Positions 11,595-24,679 of a stretch of DNA of 64,000 bases are shown here, one piece after another. Both the position numbers and the translations under genes were made by a program. The notes beneath the pieces are model-generated. The model searched no databases and was not told the DNA's origin. It worked only from the letters and a program-made list of their open reading frames with translations. The DNA comes from Heterodontus francisci. Its lineage: Eukaryota. Every line of letters starts with the position of its first letter. Position 1 is the first letter of the stretch. The stretch is from positions 84,594,179-84,658,178 of the forward strand of contig NC_090389.1 of the NCBI RefSeq assembly GCF_036365525.1, given 5' to 3'.

Positions 11595-13175
11595 CGATGA
11601 AAATTTGACACTGAGCCACAGAAGGAGATAAATAGGAGAGGTGACCAACAACTTGGTCAAAGACAGAGGTTTTAAGGAATGTCTTAAAAGGAGGAGAGAG
11701 AGAGAGAGAGAGAAAGCTGGAGATTCCTAGAGGTTTAGGGAGGAAATTCCAGAGCTTAGGGCCCAGGCAGCTGAAGGCACAGCCCCCAATGGTGGAGTGA
11801 TTAAAATTGGGGATGCGCAAGAGGACAGAATAGGAGAAGTGCAGAAATATTTTTTTATTCAGTCGTGGAATCTAGGCATCGCTGGCTATCCCAGCATTTA
11901 TTGCCCATCCCTAATTGCCCTTGAGAAGGTGGTGGTGAGCTGCCTTCTTGAACCACTGCAGTCCATGTGGGGTAGGTATACCCATAGTACTGTTAGGAAG
12001 GGAGTTCCAGGATTTTGACCCAGTGACAGTGAAGGAACGGCAATAGCGTTCCAAGTCAGGATGGTGTGTGACTTGGAGGGGAACTTGCAGATGGTGGTGT
12101 TCCCATGTAACTGCTGCCCTTGTCCTTCCAGTTGGTAGAGGTCACGGGTTTGGAAGGTGGTGTCAAAGGAGCCTTGCTGCATTGCTGCAGTGTATCTTGT
12201 AGATGGTACACACTGCTGCCACTGTGCGTCGGTTGTGGAGGGAGTGAATGCTTCTGGATGGGTGCTAATCAAGTGAGCTGCTTTGTCCTGGATGGTGTCA
12301 AGCTTCTTGAGTGTAGTTGGAGCTGCACCCATCCAGGCAAGTGGAGAGTATTCCATCACACTCCTGACTTGTGCCTTGTAGATGGTGGACAGGCTTTGGG
12401 GAGTCAGGAGGTGAGTTACTTGCCACAGGATTTCTAGCCTCTGACCTGCTCTTGTAGCCACAGTATTTATATGGCTACTCCAGTTCAGTTTCTGGTCAAT
12501 GGTAACCCCAGGATGTTGATCGTGGGGGATTCAGCGATCGGAATGCCGTTGAATGTCAAGGGGAGATGGTTAGATTCTCTCTTGTTGGAGTTGGTCATTG
12601 CCTGGCACTTGTTTGGCACGAATGTTACCTGCCAAGCTGGATATTGTCCAGGTCTTGCTGCATTTTGACACGGACTGAGGAGTCGCAAATGGTGCTGAAC
12701 ATTGTGCAATCATCAGCGAACATCCCCACTTCTGACCTTATGATTGAAGGAAGGTCATTGATGAAGCAGCTGAAGATGTTTGAGCCTAGCACACTACCCT
12801 AAGGTATTCCTGCAGTGATGTCCTGGAGTTGAGATGATTGGCCTCCAACAAACACAACCATCTTTCTTTGCGCTAGGTATGACTCCAATCACCGAGTGTT
12901 TTCCTCCTGATTCCCAGTGACTAAAGTTTTGCTCGAGCTCCTTGATGCCATTCTCTGTCAAATTCTGCCTTGATCTTGGAGGGTTGGAGAGCTGGAGATT
13001 ACAGAGATAGGGAGGGGCAAGGCCATGGAGGGTTCTGCAAACAAAAATTCGAATTTTAAAAATCAAATAGTTGCCTGACCAGGAGCCAATGTAGGTCAGT
13101 TAGCACAGTGGAGGTGATGGGTGAATAGGACTTGGTGCGAGTTAGGATATGGCAGCAGAGTTTTGGATGAGCTCA
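11595..13175 (-). mobile_element. L2 3' fragment split by another LINE (11850-12975)
   Basis: IGGCAFSCLGPKLWN (11587-11820 ORF) and FKIRIFVCRTLHGLAPPYL (12794-13066 ORF) are collinear L2 peptides. Confidence 0.8.
11850..12975 (-). mobile_element. CR1/L2-related LINE of a second family, 3' fragment
   Basis: IYKAQVRSVMEYSPLAWMGAAPTTLKKLDTIQDKA peptide; tail CAAGGGCAATTAGGGATGGGCAATAAATGCTGG; other copies at ~25265-25705 and ~59910-60200. Confidence 0.85.
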
Positions 13176-13470
13176 AATGCATGTGTTGATCACATGTGAA
13201 CTCCTTTAAATGGAGACCATTTGTCTCATCCATCACAGAAATATCTTAGTGTTTTCCCTTCCATCACACTGCTCGACTGCCTCACAACCGTACCCGGAAG
13301 CCCATTCATGTGTTGGTCACTGTTTGAAGAACTTCGTTGCTGCAGTTCCAAATTCCATTTTCTCATCCCGGTAAAATGACATTTTCATTCGGAAAGCAAG
13401 TGTGTTTCAAATGCCCCATGAAAAGAGGGGGATTTTCATACCAAGCTAAGATTATTCCTCCAGTAGTTAC

Positions 13471-14270
13471 TGTTATGATCAGGGGTTGAAGGGTTCCTCT
13501 CTTTTCCTTCTCCTTGTTGGACCACAACAGATTCATTTCCTTTTTAAAGTGGATATACTTGCCAATTCAGTGAGTGTTTACTTGTTTACGTGCCATGATC
13601 ATAAAAAGAGCCAATCAGATAGGTTTTCTCAAGTTTAACAAAGAAATCGATTAGCTTTATTGTACTTNNNNNNNNNNNNNNNNNNNNNNNNNNNNNNNNN
13701 NNNNNNNNNNNNNNNNNNNNNNNNNNNNNNNNNNNNNNNNNNNNNNNNNNNNNNNNNNNNNNNNNNNNNNNNNNNNNNNNNNNNNNNNNNNNNNNCTAAA
13801 TTGGTCAAATTAGAGTCCAGAGAAATAAAACGGGTATATAGAGTCTGTGGAGGTTGGTGACTCAGCTGGCTTCAGGCTGAATTCGGTGGTCCTGAGGCTT
13901 CCAGTTTTAAGATGTGGACGCTGATTCAGTGGTTCTCCGGGAGCTAGCAATGTACTGATTCCTTCAAGAGAGATCTCTGTCTCTTCTGTCTGGAAAGTTC
14001 TCTACCCACAATACTTCCCTCCTCAGGCTTAAGTCATTAAGCACAGTAAGTAGCGATCAGTGAACAGACTAATACAATCAAAGACAAATAACTTGAACCA
14101 TCAATCACTATAGTCTGCAACAGAAAAAATGCCTCAGTGCTTACGGTCAGCTTGCAAGGTTTGAGTTCGAAGCTTGCAAGGTTTGAGTGATTCGTCTCCA
14201 CCAGTTTAATAATCAGGTTTCCAGCCAATGGATTAAAAAAACATCCTTCGACCTAGCACATTTCATGACA
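13471..14270. mobile_element. Solo LTR with 4-bp TSD, containing the assembly gap
   Basis: TGTTATGA...TCATGACA termini; TTAC at 13467-13470 and 14271-14274. Confidence 0.85.
13668..13795. other. Assembly gap (128 N)
   Basis: Run of N. Confidence 1.
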
Positions 14271-14464
14271 TTACACTGGTAACGATATTGCCTAGCGTGG
14301 AAATGAGCCATGTAGGCGAGAAGGGTACAGGTTCAACTGTTCATCTGTCCTCATTTTATACAATCTCAATCTCTGCCCAACCTGACCTTCAACTCTGAGA
14401 AGGACAAAGACAGTGGGTGCATGGAAACACCATCACCTCCAAGTTCCCCTCCAAGTCACACACA

Positions 14465-15027
14465 GAATCACAGAATCATCACTGTGCAGAAGGAGGCCAT
14501 TTGTCCCACCCTGTACGTACCAGCTCTCCGAAAGAGCAAATCCCTCAGTTCCATTCCCCCACCTTCTCCCTGTAACCCTGCACATTCCTCCTTTTCATAT
14601 ACCTGTCTAATTCCCTTTTGAATTGAATTAAATTGAACCTTCCTCCCCATATTCTCAGGCAGCCCATTCCAGACCTTAACCACTCGCGTGAAAAAGTTTT
14701 TCCTCGTGTCACTTTTGCTTCTCTTACCAAATACTTTAAATCTGTGCCCTCTCGTTCTTGATCCTTTCACGAGTGGGAACAGTTTCTGTCTCTCTACTCT
14801 GTCCTGTCCCCTCATGATTTTGAATACCTCTAACAAGTCGCCTCTCAGCCTTCTCTTCTCCAAGGAAAACAGTCCTAACTTCTCCAATCTATCTTCATAA
14901 CTGAAATTCCTCATCCCTGGAGCCTTTCTCGTGAATCTCTTCTGTACTTGCTCCAATGTCCTCATATCTTTCCTAATGTGTGGCACCCAGAACTGGACAC
15001 AATACTCCAGCTGAGGCCGAACTAGTG
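14465..15027 (-). mobile_element. CR1 3' fragment with open ORF2 C-terminus
   Basis: TLVRPQLEYCVQFW..LEKLGLFSLEKRRLRGDL..RTRGHRFK. Confidence 0.92.
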
Positions 15028-15687
15028 TCAATATGTCAAAATGCCCCTTCAGTGTTAAGCGTGGCTTAGAGATGCCCTCAATATTCCTTCCAGGCCCACG
15101 TTCGGAAGTTAAGGAAAGATGCTCCCTGGAGGCACTGAGACCAATTGTAATACCCTTAACTGTGACCCTGGCTGAGATCAGCGAAAGCTGCTTTTGTGGA
15201 GTAATCAGTTCATCCATGAACTTATTGAATGGCAGAGCAGGTTCCAAGGGCCGAGTGGCCTACTCCTGCTCCTAATTCATATGTTCATACGCTTTTACAC
15301 TGGGTTTTTGTGAGGCACTGGTTCCAACAGTTCCCATCACCCAGTGCCACTGCGATCGCCTCGGACACTCTAGAGGTTGGCAACGAACACGGCTCCTTTA
15401 CTTAAAACAAGGTGCCTGGCTTTGGTGATTTATTCAGCTTCGCTCTTCAGAGGTGCGCCTATCTGTATCGGAACATAGAAATAGGAGCAGACAGTTCACC
15501 CACACATACCTACTCTGCCATTCTATTAGATAATGACTGACCTATACCTCGGTTCCATCCAACCTGCCGTAGCTCCATATCCCCTGATAACTTTCCCAAA
15601 CCAAAAGCGATCGATCTCAGTCTAGAAAGCTCCAATTGACCTACAATACCCACTGCCTTTTGGGGGAGTCAGTTCCAAATTTCTACC

Positions 15688-15808
15688 TAATACTGTTCTA
15701 ACCTTTGCCAGTTCTGAAGCAGGGTCACTGACCTGAAACATTAACTCTGCTTCTCTCTCCACAGATGTTGCCAGACCTGCTGAGTATTTCCAGCACTTTC
15801 TGTTTTTA
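15688..15808 (+). mobile_element. Short Penelope-like pseudo-LTR fragment inserted in a CR1 3' end (~15470-15940)
   Basis: 15-bp TSD TTCCAAATTTCTACC at 15673-15687 and 15809-15823; matches the termini of the elements at 33240 and 38120. Confidence 0.8.
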
Positions 15809-16634
15809 TTCCAAATTTCTACCACCCTTTGTGAATTGCTTCCTGGTTTCACTCCTGAACAGCCTAGCATTAATTTAAAATTATTGTGTGCCCTTGTCCT
15901 CGATTCTACCACCAGAGGAAACAATTTTTCCATATTTACCATACCGAACTTGGGCATGGGGGAAACCAGTGACATCAGTAGCCCAGTGAGCACAGTATCG
16001 AGGAAGCCCAACTCAGCACGGGACCAGAGATTTCAACCTGGGACTTTACTAGTCTACAGATCTCGTTTCACACTGCAGGAAATCACTGGTCAGGAAAAGG
16101 AACAGGAAATCTGGCTGACATTTTTCCTTTGTGAGGCTGGACCATCGAAATCAAGATTGGCATTCCACTGTCAATACTAATGTCGCCCCACACCACCCTC
16201 CCCCACTGCTGTTAAGTTTGCATCAAATCTGTCTGCCACATGTGACACTTCCTCACATCTTCTGACAAAGGCTATTGGTCACAGATGTTGTGGGTCGGTG
16301 GGATGTAATTCATTAAGGAAGTATCGTGACAATATTGTTGAGTGCAAAGGAAATGTCTTTCAACTTTATCTAAGAAAGCTGAGTGTGCCAACATCAGGTG
16401 GGATTGGCACTGCCCCGTTCATCCCGTCCTGCCCCAGACTCCTTCCTTCACAAAAATTAACATTTCCACTTCCTGTATTGCCCATCAGTGAAGCTGGAAT
16501 AAACCCAGTCAAACAACAGGTAATTGGAAACATTCCCTACCACTTTATTCAAGTGAAAGAACAGGAGCTATAAATATTCACATCATTTCCTTTAAGTTAA
16601 TATAAGAATGATCAAATTCAATAGCCTGTTACAA

Positions 16635-16890
16635 AAACAGATGATGCTGGAAACACTCGGCAGAATGTGCGGAGAGAGAAACAGAATTAACATTTCAGGT
16701 TGAAGAGTTTTCACTAGAACTGGAAAAGATGCAACAAGTACAGAGACGGGGAAAGGGAGGAGAGGGGAGAACATGAAGGAAGCTCTGTGATAGGAGGGCA
16801 GGAGAGATTAAATGACAAAAGGGATGATGGTGCAAGGCAAAAGAGGATGGTAATGGGACAAGTAAAGAAACAAAAGATGGGTCTCGAGGA
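16635..16890 (-). mobile_element. Degenerate Penelope-like pseudo-LTR fragment
   Basis: GATGCTGGAAACACTC..GGAGAGAGAAACAGAATTAACATTTCAGG similar to 33290-33390. Confidence 0.7.
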
Positions 16891-17280
16891 TGTGTTTCTT
16901 TCAGTCCACTGTAAATTAAGTTGAACGTTTGGATTTTTCCTGAATGTGTTAAACCATCCGACAGCAAGAGGAGGTTCTACAAACAGCAGTAGAAACAACC
17001 ACTTCCCATCCAAGAAATTGTTGGGTTCAGCTCTGGTCCGTTCAGTCAGTTCCCTCACCCATGTCCTTCGCGGTACCATAGGCATTCGCTGTTTAAACAA
17101 CAAAGGGAGCATTTATAAGCAGTCAGTCAAATAGCACACAACAACAGCTGAAAAGACAACTGAGGAAAGGTCCATTAGCCCATCATGCCAACTCGTAGAG
17201 TCCATACATGATTATTGTTTACCTTCACATCCATCCCTTACTTTAAGAAACTCCGGTGTAGGCTTTTTGATCAGCTTTAC

Positions 17281-20265
17281 CTTATCCATAGGTGTAAGCT
17301 GGAGATAGCCCATTTGGAAAAGATGAGTGAACATTCATTACGTTGGGTTTCCATCCAATTGGCACCAAATCCAAATTTATGGCTAGGTTCTGTACTTGCT
17401 CATTCCAGTTTGTAGCCAAGAATAGGCACCGACATGTTGCACCACGGACATTTGACAAAATTATTGACTCAGCCACGGACATGGGGGCAATTAATCTGTA
17501 TATAAAGTGTAAAACCAATCCAATGCCATCAAAACACAATCTGATTTCAAACACATTTCTCCCTACAAATAAAGTTGCTAAGCATACAAACATTAATGGA
17601 GAGCAGCACAACTGTATTAGCTAGCTAGCAAGCAAAATAGTATGCAATGCCAATACAAATTACTTTTGTTGACAGAATAGAGTCAGTTACATCATGTCAC
17701 AGGGTGGTAGATAGACCTTATCGGATGACCTCTGTGGGTTCACACTTTGACAGGAGTGCAAATTCATCCAATAAACCATAAAACTCAAGGAGAGGATTGT
17801 TATTGTGGTTATTGAGGTGAGGCAGTAGAAAATCAGCAATAGGAAGATGGACCATCTCTCACACTGCTGTTATCACAAGACAATTTAACCCAGGATGATC
17901 CCTGTTTGTGCAACTTTTCCACTTGCTTGTAATATGTGTCTGAAGACAGGGCAGCCAACAAAAGGGTAGTGATCTCCAACTCAGGAGAATTATATAGGGT
18001 GAAATAGATAGTACTTCAGAAGAATCATTTAAAACAGAAAAGCAGAGTGGGGCAGGAAGGGACAGAAAGATTAATGGTAGGTAGCCAAGACTAGTTTATT
18101 CATCTTGACAGGGTGTTAACCAGGTCCTGGATTCTAAAATACAGAAACGACAGAATCTCTCATGGACAAAATGTCATTTGCTCACCAAAGCTAGTGACAA
18201 AATTAGATAAACACAATTACAAATAAAGAGCACCCTTCAGTTCCTCCAATAAAGTGATTCTCTTATATCCACTTATGTCTATATCTCAGTCTACCACTGG
18301 CAATTCCGATTCAGCTCTGACAAGATAATTATTAACAAAAATCCTTTCTGCAAAAAGTTGAGCGGTTGTTACTGCATGTATAATTCAGTTATAAAATGTT
18401 TAGTTACTATCTGTAAGATTGTACTCCAGACTAACCAATTTATGTCCATGCCAAATCTATTACTTGTTAGAAAAGGTGCACTTTTAATGGAATGTAATTA
18501 CACGATACAGACAGCTTTCAAATGACATTGGCCACTCGATTATCTACCCTCAAACTGGATAGTAAATAATGCACATTGCAGTTACTGATCTTTGGCATAC
18601 TTGTAAAACTTGTCCTTTACTCCAATTTGTAGCAAACAAAATCAGTTAATGACTGTTTCTAATGTCGTCATTTAAATATAATCAATTTTTACTATGTCTT
18701 CCCTGACAGTTTTTAAATCTGCAAATGCAGCATAGAATGTGTTAAGGAGTTATAGACAGTTCATCATAGATTAAGGTTTATCAAAGCTATCCATTACATT
18801 GTAGTTACTAACTATTGTATATGGGTCAGCAGCACATTGTTTTTGCCAATATCATTAAGTTCCATTACACCATATTGTTGTATTCCTGAGGAACTTACAG
18901 TGCTGATGTTGGAGAATCCTTGGGGTTTCTTGCCTGTTTTCCCCTCAATACAAGTTATGGAAAAATGCAGCGGAATTGCAACCTTTATATAGAAATAAAA
19001 GTCCAGCAACATTCAACATGTCACTGAGCTTGTGTCCCAGGTGAAACTAATGCATGCCAGATCACAGAAATCATGACATTCCCTGAGTGACTTTTGCCAT
19101 TTTAAACATAACACAACCCTTCCAACTTGCCTAGCTGCTGGGTTATTTTAAAACACAATATTAAAGGCTGGAAGCAGGGTTGTCCAACCTTTTCACGTGG
19201 GAGGAACCACAGTACAATTTTTGTCTTACATAGGGGGCCGGTGAGACAATTTCTGAAACATAAAGGCGTTAAAAATGTATCTTATTATTCATCAAAACAA
19301 CAACAAATGTTTAATTATGAGGAAAGATTGGATAGGCTGCTGTTGTTTTCTTTGGAACAGAGACTGAGGGGAGATTTAATTGAAGTGTATAAAATTATGA
19401 GGAGCCTAGATAGAGTGGATAGGAAGGACCTATTTCCCTTAGCAGAGAGATCAATAACCAGAGGCATAGGTTTAAAGTAATTAGCAGAAGGATTTGAAGG
19501 GAGTTAAGGCGAAATGTTTTCACCCAAAGGGTGGTGGGGGTCTGGAGTTCACAATGGACTGAATGGCCTCTTTCTGTGCCATAAATATTCCATGTCTCTA
19601 TGATTCTATGTAGAAAGGGTTCGCCTTTATGGAGCATCTTTCACTACCTCAGCATGTCTCAAAGTAATTCACAGACAAGGAAGTACTTTTGAAGTGTAGT
19701 CAGTGTTGGAATGTAGGGAAAACCAGCAGCTAATTTTTGCACAGCAAGCTCCCACAAACAGCAATGTAATAATGACCAAGATAGTCTTTCACCTATACTG
19801 GTTGAGGGATAAATATTGGCCCAGGACACCGGGGAAAACTCCCCTGCTCTTCTACAGGATAGTGCCATGGGATCTTTCTCATCCATCTGAGAGGGCAGAC
19901 AGGGACTCAGTTTAACATCTCATCCAAAAGACGGCACCTCCGACAGTGCAGCACTCCCTCAGCACTGCATAGGGAGTGCCAGCCTAGATTTTGTGCTCAG
20001 TCCTTGTGAAGTGGGATTTGAACTCACCCGAAATAAATAATAATCTTTGATGGTTCTAGCTATTTAAAAAGCATCATTGATTGTTTCCAACTCACGAAAC
20101 TTCTCTGTGATTGCAGCCCAGTCAATGATATTGAATTTCAGTGGTTCTTGATAAAGGACGGGGCTTCCAAACATAGCAGAATATATACAGCACATTACTA
20201 ATTAAACTCTTACTGAAGAGAGCTTTTAAATCTTGCTTCAAATGGTCCTTAATGGCTTGTGTTTT
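17281..20265 (-). other. Cluster of candidate spliced exons (20214-20265, 20096-20146, 18899-18982, 17281-17495); unidentified, phases not all compatible
   Basis: Each is bounded by an AG acceptor and a GTAAGA/GTGAGT/GTAAGT/GTAAAG donor in non-repeat DNA. Confidence 0.3.
19310..20030. mobile_element. CR1 3' fragment (+, ~19310-19610) followed by a Deu-domain SINE (-, ~19615-20030)
   Basis: NYEERLDRL..LRGDLIEVYKIM peptide; SINE core motifs. Confidence 0.85.
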
Positions 20266-20623
20266 CTACACGCCAGCAAATCATTACCAGCTAACTCTGG
20301 CTGTCTGCCCCTTTCAATTATTGGTTTCACAGTTTGGCTAGTCAAGTAACAAGTTTACTTCCTCCACGATGCAAAATTCAAATTAGCCACAATATCACAA
20401 ATCCATTTGTAACAACTATTAAACCATCAGACTAGAACATCACTATAAACATCACACATAATTTCCTGACTGCAATGACCTGAACGATGAAATGCCATTT
20501 TTAAATAAGGCCCAGTGACAAGGCTCCGTATATTTTTTTAAATGTCCACAAGTAGCAAGATATTGTTTTTAAATACAGTCTGTAGTCCAAATCTGACACA
20601 TTCTTCAGGTATAAAGTGACTTT

Positions 20624-21450
20624 TGTCAGGCCAAGAATGAGGCACACATATTTCACCACATGAACATTAAAACTTAAAATTGGTGCTGGGAAGAAAAGAG
20701 GGCCTATCACAAGGAACTGCCAGGCCCCTCGCCGGAAAGACCTTTTTTTTTTATCATACTAGCAGACAGTGTTGGAACAAAGGAACCAGTCTCTGCCCCA
20801 ATACACAGAAGAGACCCGGTCAAACCAGTCAGTCACGTGACCACCTGCTGGCCAGCTAGGGGAGTTTTAAATTGGAAAAACAGAATTTGAACACAGAAAG
20901 CTTTTTGGTCCCGGACCGAGAACATCTCTCTCCTGTCTGCTCATCTCTTTCTCATGGAACTGAATCTTGTGACGACACGGGAACCTCAAAGCGAGAAAAG
21001 TCTCCAAAGTGGAACGAGGTTTAAGAAGAATATTGGGCCCCAACGAAAAGTAAGAGCTGCCTACAATCAAAGACTCTACAGCGAGCTGGAAACACAGAAA
21101 CAGTAAAAAGAAGCCACCTTTCAGACCTTTCACCTTATATTTTCTTTTCTTTTCTGTCCCTATTTGCATGTGTGAATCGCGTGTGCACGCTAGTGTGGGC
21201 ACGTTGTATATCTGTAGGTGTTAACTGTATTAGAGTTTAAGTTTAAGGTATAATAAATTTCACTTTTCTTCTTTAAACCTAAGAAAGCCTGTTTATGCTC
21301 ATTTCTTTGCCTTATAATTGGAAAGTGGTGAACAAGGAGTCACCAAGGGGGAGCTAAAAACACACTGTGTTTAAAATTAAACACTGTTACAATAAGACCA
21401 GGTGAAGATAGTAACAGACCCCTAGACAACTTTCTCACCTGGTCATAACA
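20624..21450 (+). mobile_element. 5' LTR of a Gmr1-like Gypsy element, followed by a degenerate tRNA-Pro-type PBS (21457-21476)
   Basis: TGTCA...TAACA termini; similar to the reverse complement of solo LTR 44434-45339; TGGGTGCTAGCGTCCTGGAT resembles TGGGGGCTCGTCCGGGAT. Confidence 0.85.
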
Positions 21451-21590
21451 GACATTTGGGTGCTAGCGTCCTGGATTTTACCCACAGATGAATGAGTGAA
21501 ATTGGAAGTGGGAAGACAAATTGTTCCGAATCAAAAAGAGCAAGATTTCAATACAGGTTTTCTTGTGGTTGTGTGCGATTGAAAACTAAC

Positions 21591-24020
21591 ATGTCTGCAA
21601 CTGAAACTAGCAGTTCTCCAAGCCAAGGTGAAGTAACTTGGGATAAGTTAAAAGAACTGTCTATGGAGGAGTTGAGGAAAATGGCTGAGCAGTGTGGGTT
21701 CACTGTACGTGGCAAGGCTAGGAAGTCTGAACTCCTAAGGCTAGTGGCCAACCAATCTTCCCTTCAATCTGAAGAAGCAGAAACAGGGTTAGAAGCAGAC
21801 TCCGACAGGATATTGTTAGCAAAGATACAATTAGAACAGAGGAAACTTGAATTTGAGGAAAGAGAGAGGGAGAAAGAGACAGCTTTCCAGAAGGAACGTG
21901 AAAAAAACAAGAGAGAAAGAATATTCCAGAAAGAATCCGAAGAGAGAGAGCTAGGGGGCGACAGAGTAACTCCAGGGAAAGTATGATCAATATGGAGGAG
22001 CGTAATTCAGGGCTGGGTACACGATTGCTAAAACTCGCTCAATTAATTCCAAAATTTAATGAGGAAGATGTGGAAGCGTTTTTTGTGTCTTTTGAGAAAC
22101 TGCCAAGACAGCTAAAATGGTCAGCTGAGACCTGGTCTCTTTTATTGCAAAGCAAACTAATTGGAAAAGCCAATGAGGTTTATTCCTTGCTGTCAGATGA
22201 GAGTTCATCAAATTATGAACTGACCAAAAATGTTATTCTCGGGGCTTATGAATTAGTACCAGAAGCCTATCGCCAAAAGTTTAGAACCCTCAAACAGCAA
22301 GCAAATCAAACTTATCTGGAGTTTGAAAGAAGTAAGCAGCTGGCTTTTGACCAGTGGCTGAGGACTTTAAAAATAATACTCAGCTAGAAGACTCTCAGAG
22401 AAGTAATCCTGTTAGAGGAATTTAAAAACTCTTTCCCATTCTCAATAAAGACTCATGTAGAGGGACAGAGGGTTCAGGGAGCCTGGCAAGCGGCCATTCT
22501 GGCCAATGAGTTTGCTTTAATTTATAAGTCGGTCTCCCAGGAGAGAACCTTTCCTAATCGCCCCCACAAATACGAAAAGGACGAAGGGTGGGAAGGTGAT
22601 ATCCGTCCAGGCAGTCCTGGAAGAGAAAGGAAAGCAGGAGACACAGGGGGCCCTTCTCCAGCTAAAAAGGAAGGTGCTGTGAGCAAGAGTGAGACCCAGA
22701 GACCTGTATGCTTCCATTGTAATAAGGCAGGGCATTTAACAGCTGACTGCTGGAAATTAAAGGGGAAACCGTAGAGTTAATCAGGGCACACCTGCTCAGT
22801 GAAGACGAGGGCCAGATGCAAAACACAAAAAAAGCTGTGGCTTTAACTGCAGTAAGGGTGCAATCCAGGAAGCTGACTATGGTCAGTGCAGGAAAAGTTC
22901 ATAGGATTCCTGAAGGTTATCAGGGTTTTGTATTTGAAGGGAAAGTAACCCCATACCCCTCAAGTGTGGCAAGCAAGTCCATAGTAATTATCAGGGACAC
23001 TGGGGTCACTAGATCCCTTTTACTGGGAAAAGGCCTGACCTTTCCCCCAGAGAGTGCAGCGAACACCAAAATGGTGGTGAATGGTATTGGAGGGCAGTGT
23101 ATGCCTGTACCTGTACACTGGGTGCACCTGGAGTGCAACCCTAGTTTCAGGACCGGTGACCGTAGGGATTGTCCCTAGTTTGCCTGTGGACGGGGTTGAC
23201 CTGCTCCTAGGTAATGATCTGGCGGGGTGAAGGTGGTAGCCCCCCCAGTAGTGAAAGAAAGACCGCAGAAGGTCAGAGAGACAAAGCAGTGGCAGGAGAC
23301 TGTCTCCGCAGTTTCCCTGAATGTGTAGTGGATCAGGCCATGATCAAACCAGCTCCCCCAGAGGTGACTGAATTGGCATTGCAGGTAGATGACCATGAGA
23401 TCTGCCTGTCCGAGACTTTCTTTGGAAAGTTAGGAGACCCAGGGAATGAATTAAATGGATTTTCCCCAGGTGAGGCTCAGTGAGCTGACCCAGTATTGTG
23501 AGAGTTAACACAGGCTGCCCAGTCTGAAAGTGAAGCAGAGGGAGTCCCTGATTGTTACTATTTAAAGAATGAGGTACTGATGAGGAAATGGCGTTCTCCT
23601 CACAGACCTGAGAGCAAGCAGTGGACAGTTATTCACCAGTTAGTGGTGCCACAGAGGCACCGGGGAAAAATATTAAGAAGGGCCCATGAGACTACAGTGA
23701 CTGTACATGCTGATATACGAAAGACCAAAGCCTGCATAAGACAGCGGTTTGACTGGCCAAAACTCCACAAAGATGTGGTGAAGTAATGCAGGAGTTGCCA
23801 CATGTGCCAGGTTGAGGGGAAACCCCAAACCTACAGTGAAACCTGCACCCCAAAGTCCTGTACCAGTGTTAGGAGGACCCTCCAGCAGAGGGCTGGTGAA
23901 CTGTAAGAGACCCCACCTAGAACAAAAGAGGACAGGCAGGCACACGGCTGGCAAAGGTTTGGAAAGAGATGGGAAAAAAGTGGCCCAGAGGGCAGGTTAA
24001 AGGAAGTCTGGGAAGAATCC
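21591..24020 (+). pseudogene. Decayed gag-protease-integrase (N-terminal part) of a Gmr1-like Gypsy retrotransposon
   Basis: SCAN/capsid-like LIPKFNEEDVEAFF..AYELVPEAYRQKFR; zinc knuckle CFHCNKAGHLTADC at 22709-22750; protease RDTG; integrase HHCC region directly after protease; several stops and frameshifts; no RT seen. Confidence 0.92.
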
Positions 24021-24679
24021 ACAAAGGTACCTTTCAGGGACTCTTAACAAGCTGGATCACTTCTGACCTGGTTCGACCTGGTGGGAAGTCACATCACCTT
24101 CCCTACTCAGGCCAAAGTTAAAATTACAGTCGGGGGTTGATAACATCATTGCACCCTGAGCTGCCTATTTAAAGACGAACTCGATCCAAACTTGCATAAA
24201 AACCATGGTCCGAGGGATGCAGGCAGACTGAGGGGCAGATAAGAAACCTGGCCAATTTTAACTGCTCACCTGCCCAATTTGGACCAGGTAGGTCAGGTTC
24301 TAGTATGAATTGTGTGACAAGTTTCTGCAAGCAGCCTAAGATTTCGTATGAGCTGAAACACTATTTGGGTTCATTTAGCCCAGATATAACAATTAACTCC
24401 GAGCATGGTCAATTGGTCACGGGAGAATGTGTCTTGTCAGTCACAACTAAAAATATTACACTATTAGACTGCATTTTACAGGCTAAAACTATTGCTCTGG
24501 ATTTATTTACAAACTTAATGATACACTGAAACTAAAAGACCCAGACAACCATCGAACGGCACAATATATATATATATAATATATATATGAGAAAACTGGA
24601 GTTAGTGCATAATAGAATATATGGTCTTTCTTTTGTGCACAGTCTGATCTCTCGAGTTGCATCTTTTAGAATAAGAAAA

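Noticed and set aside
13660-13860. ORF spanning X residues
   Set aside because: Artefact of the N gap
14149-14188. 18-bp direct repeat AGCTTGCAAGGTTTGAGT x2
   Set aside because: Local duplication inside a solo LTR
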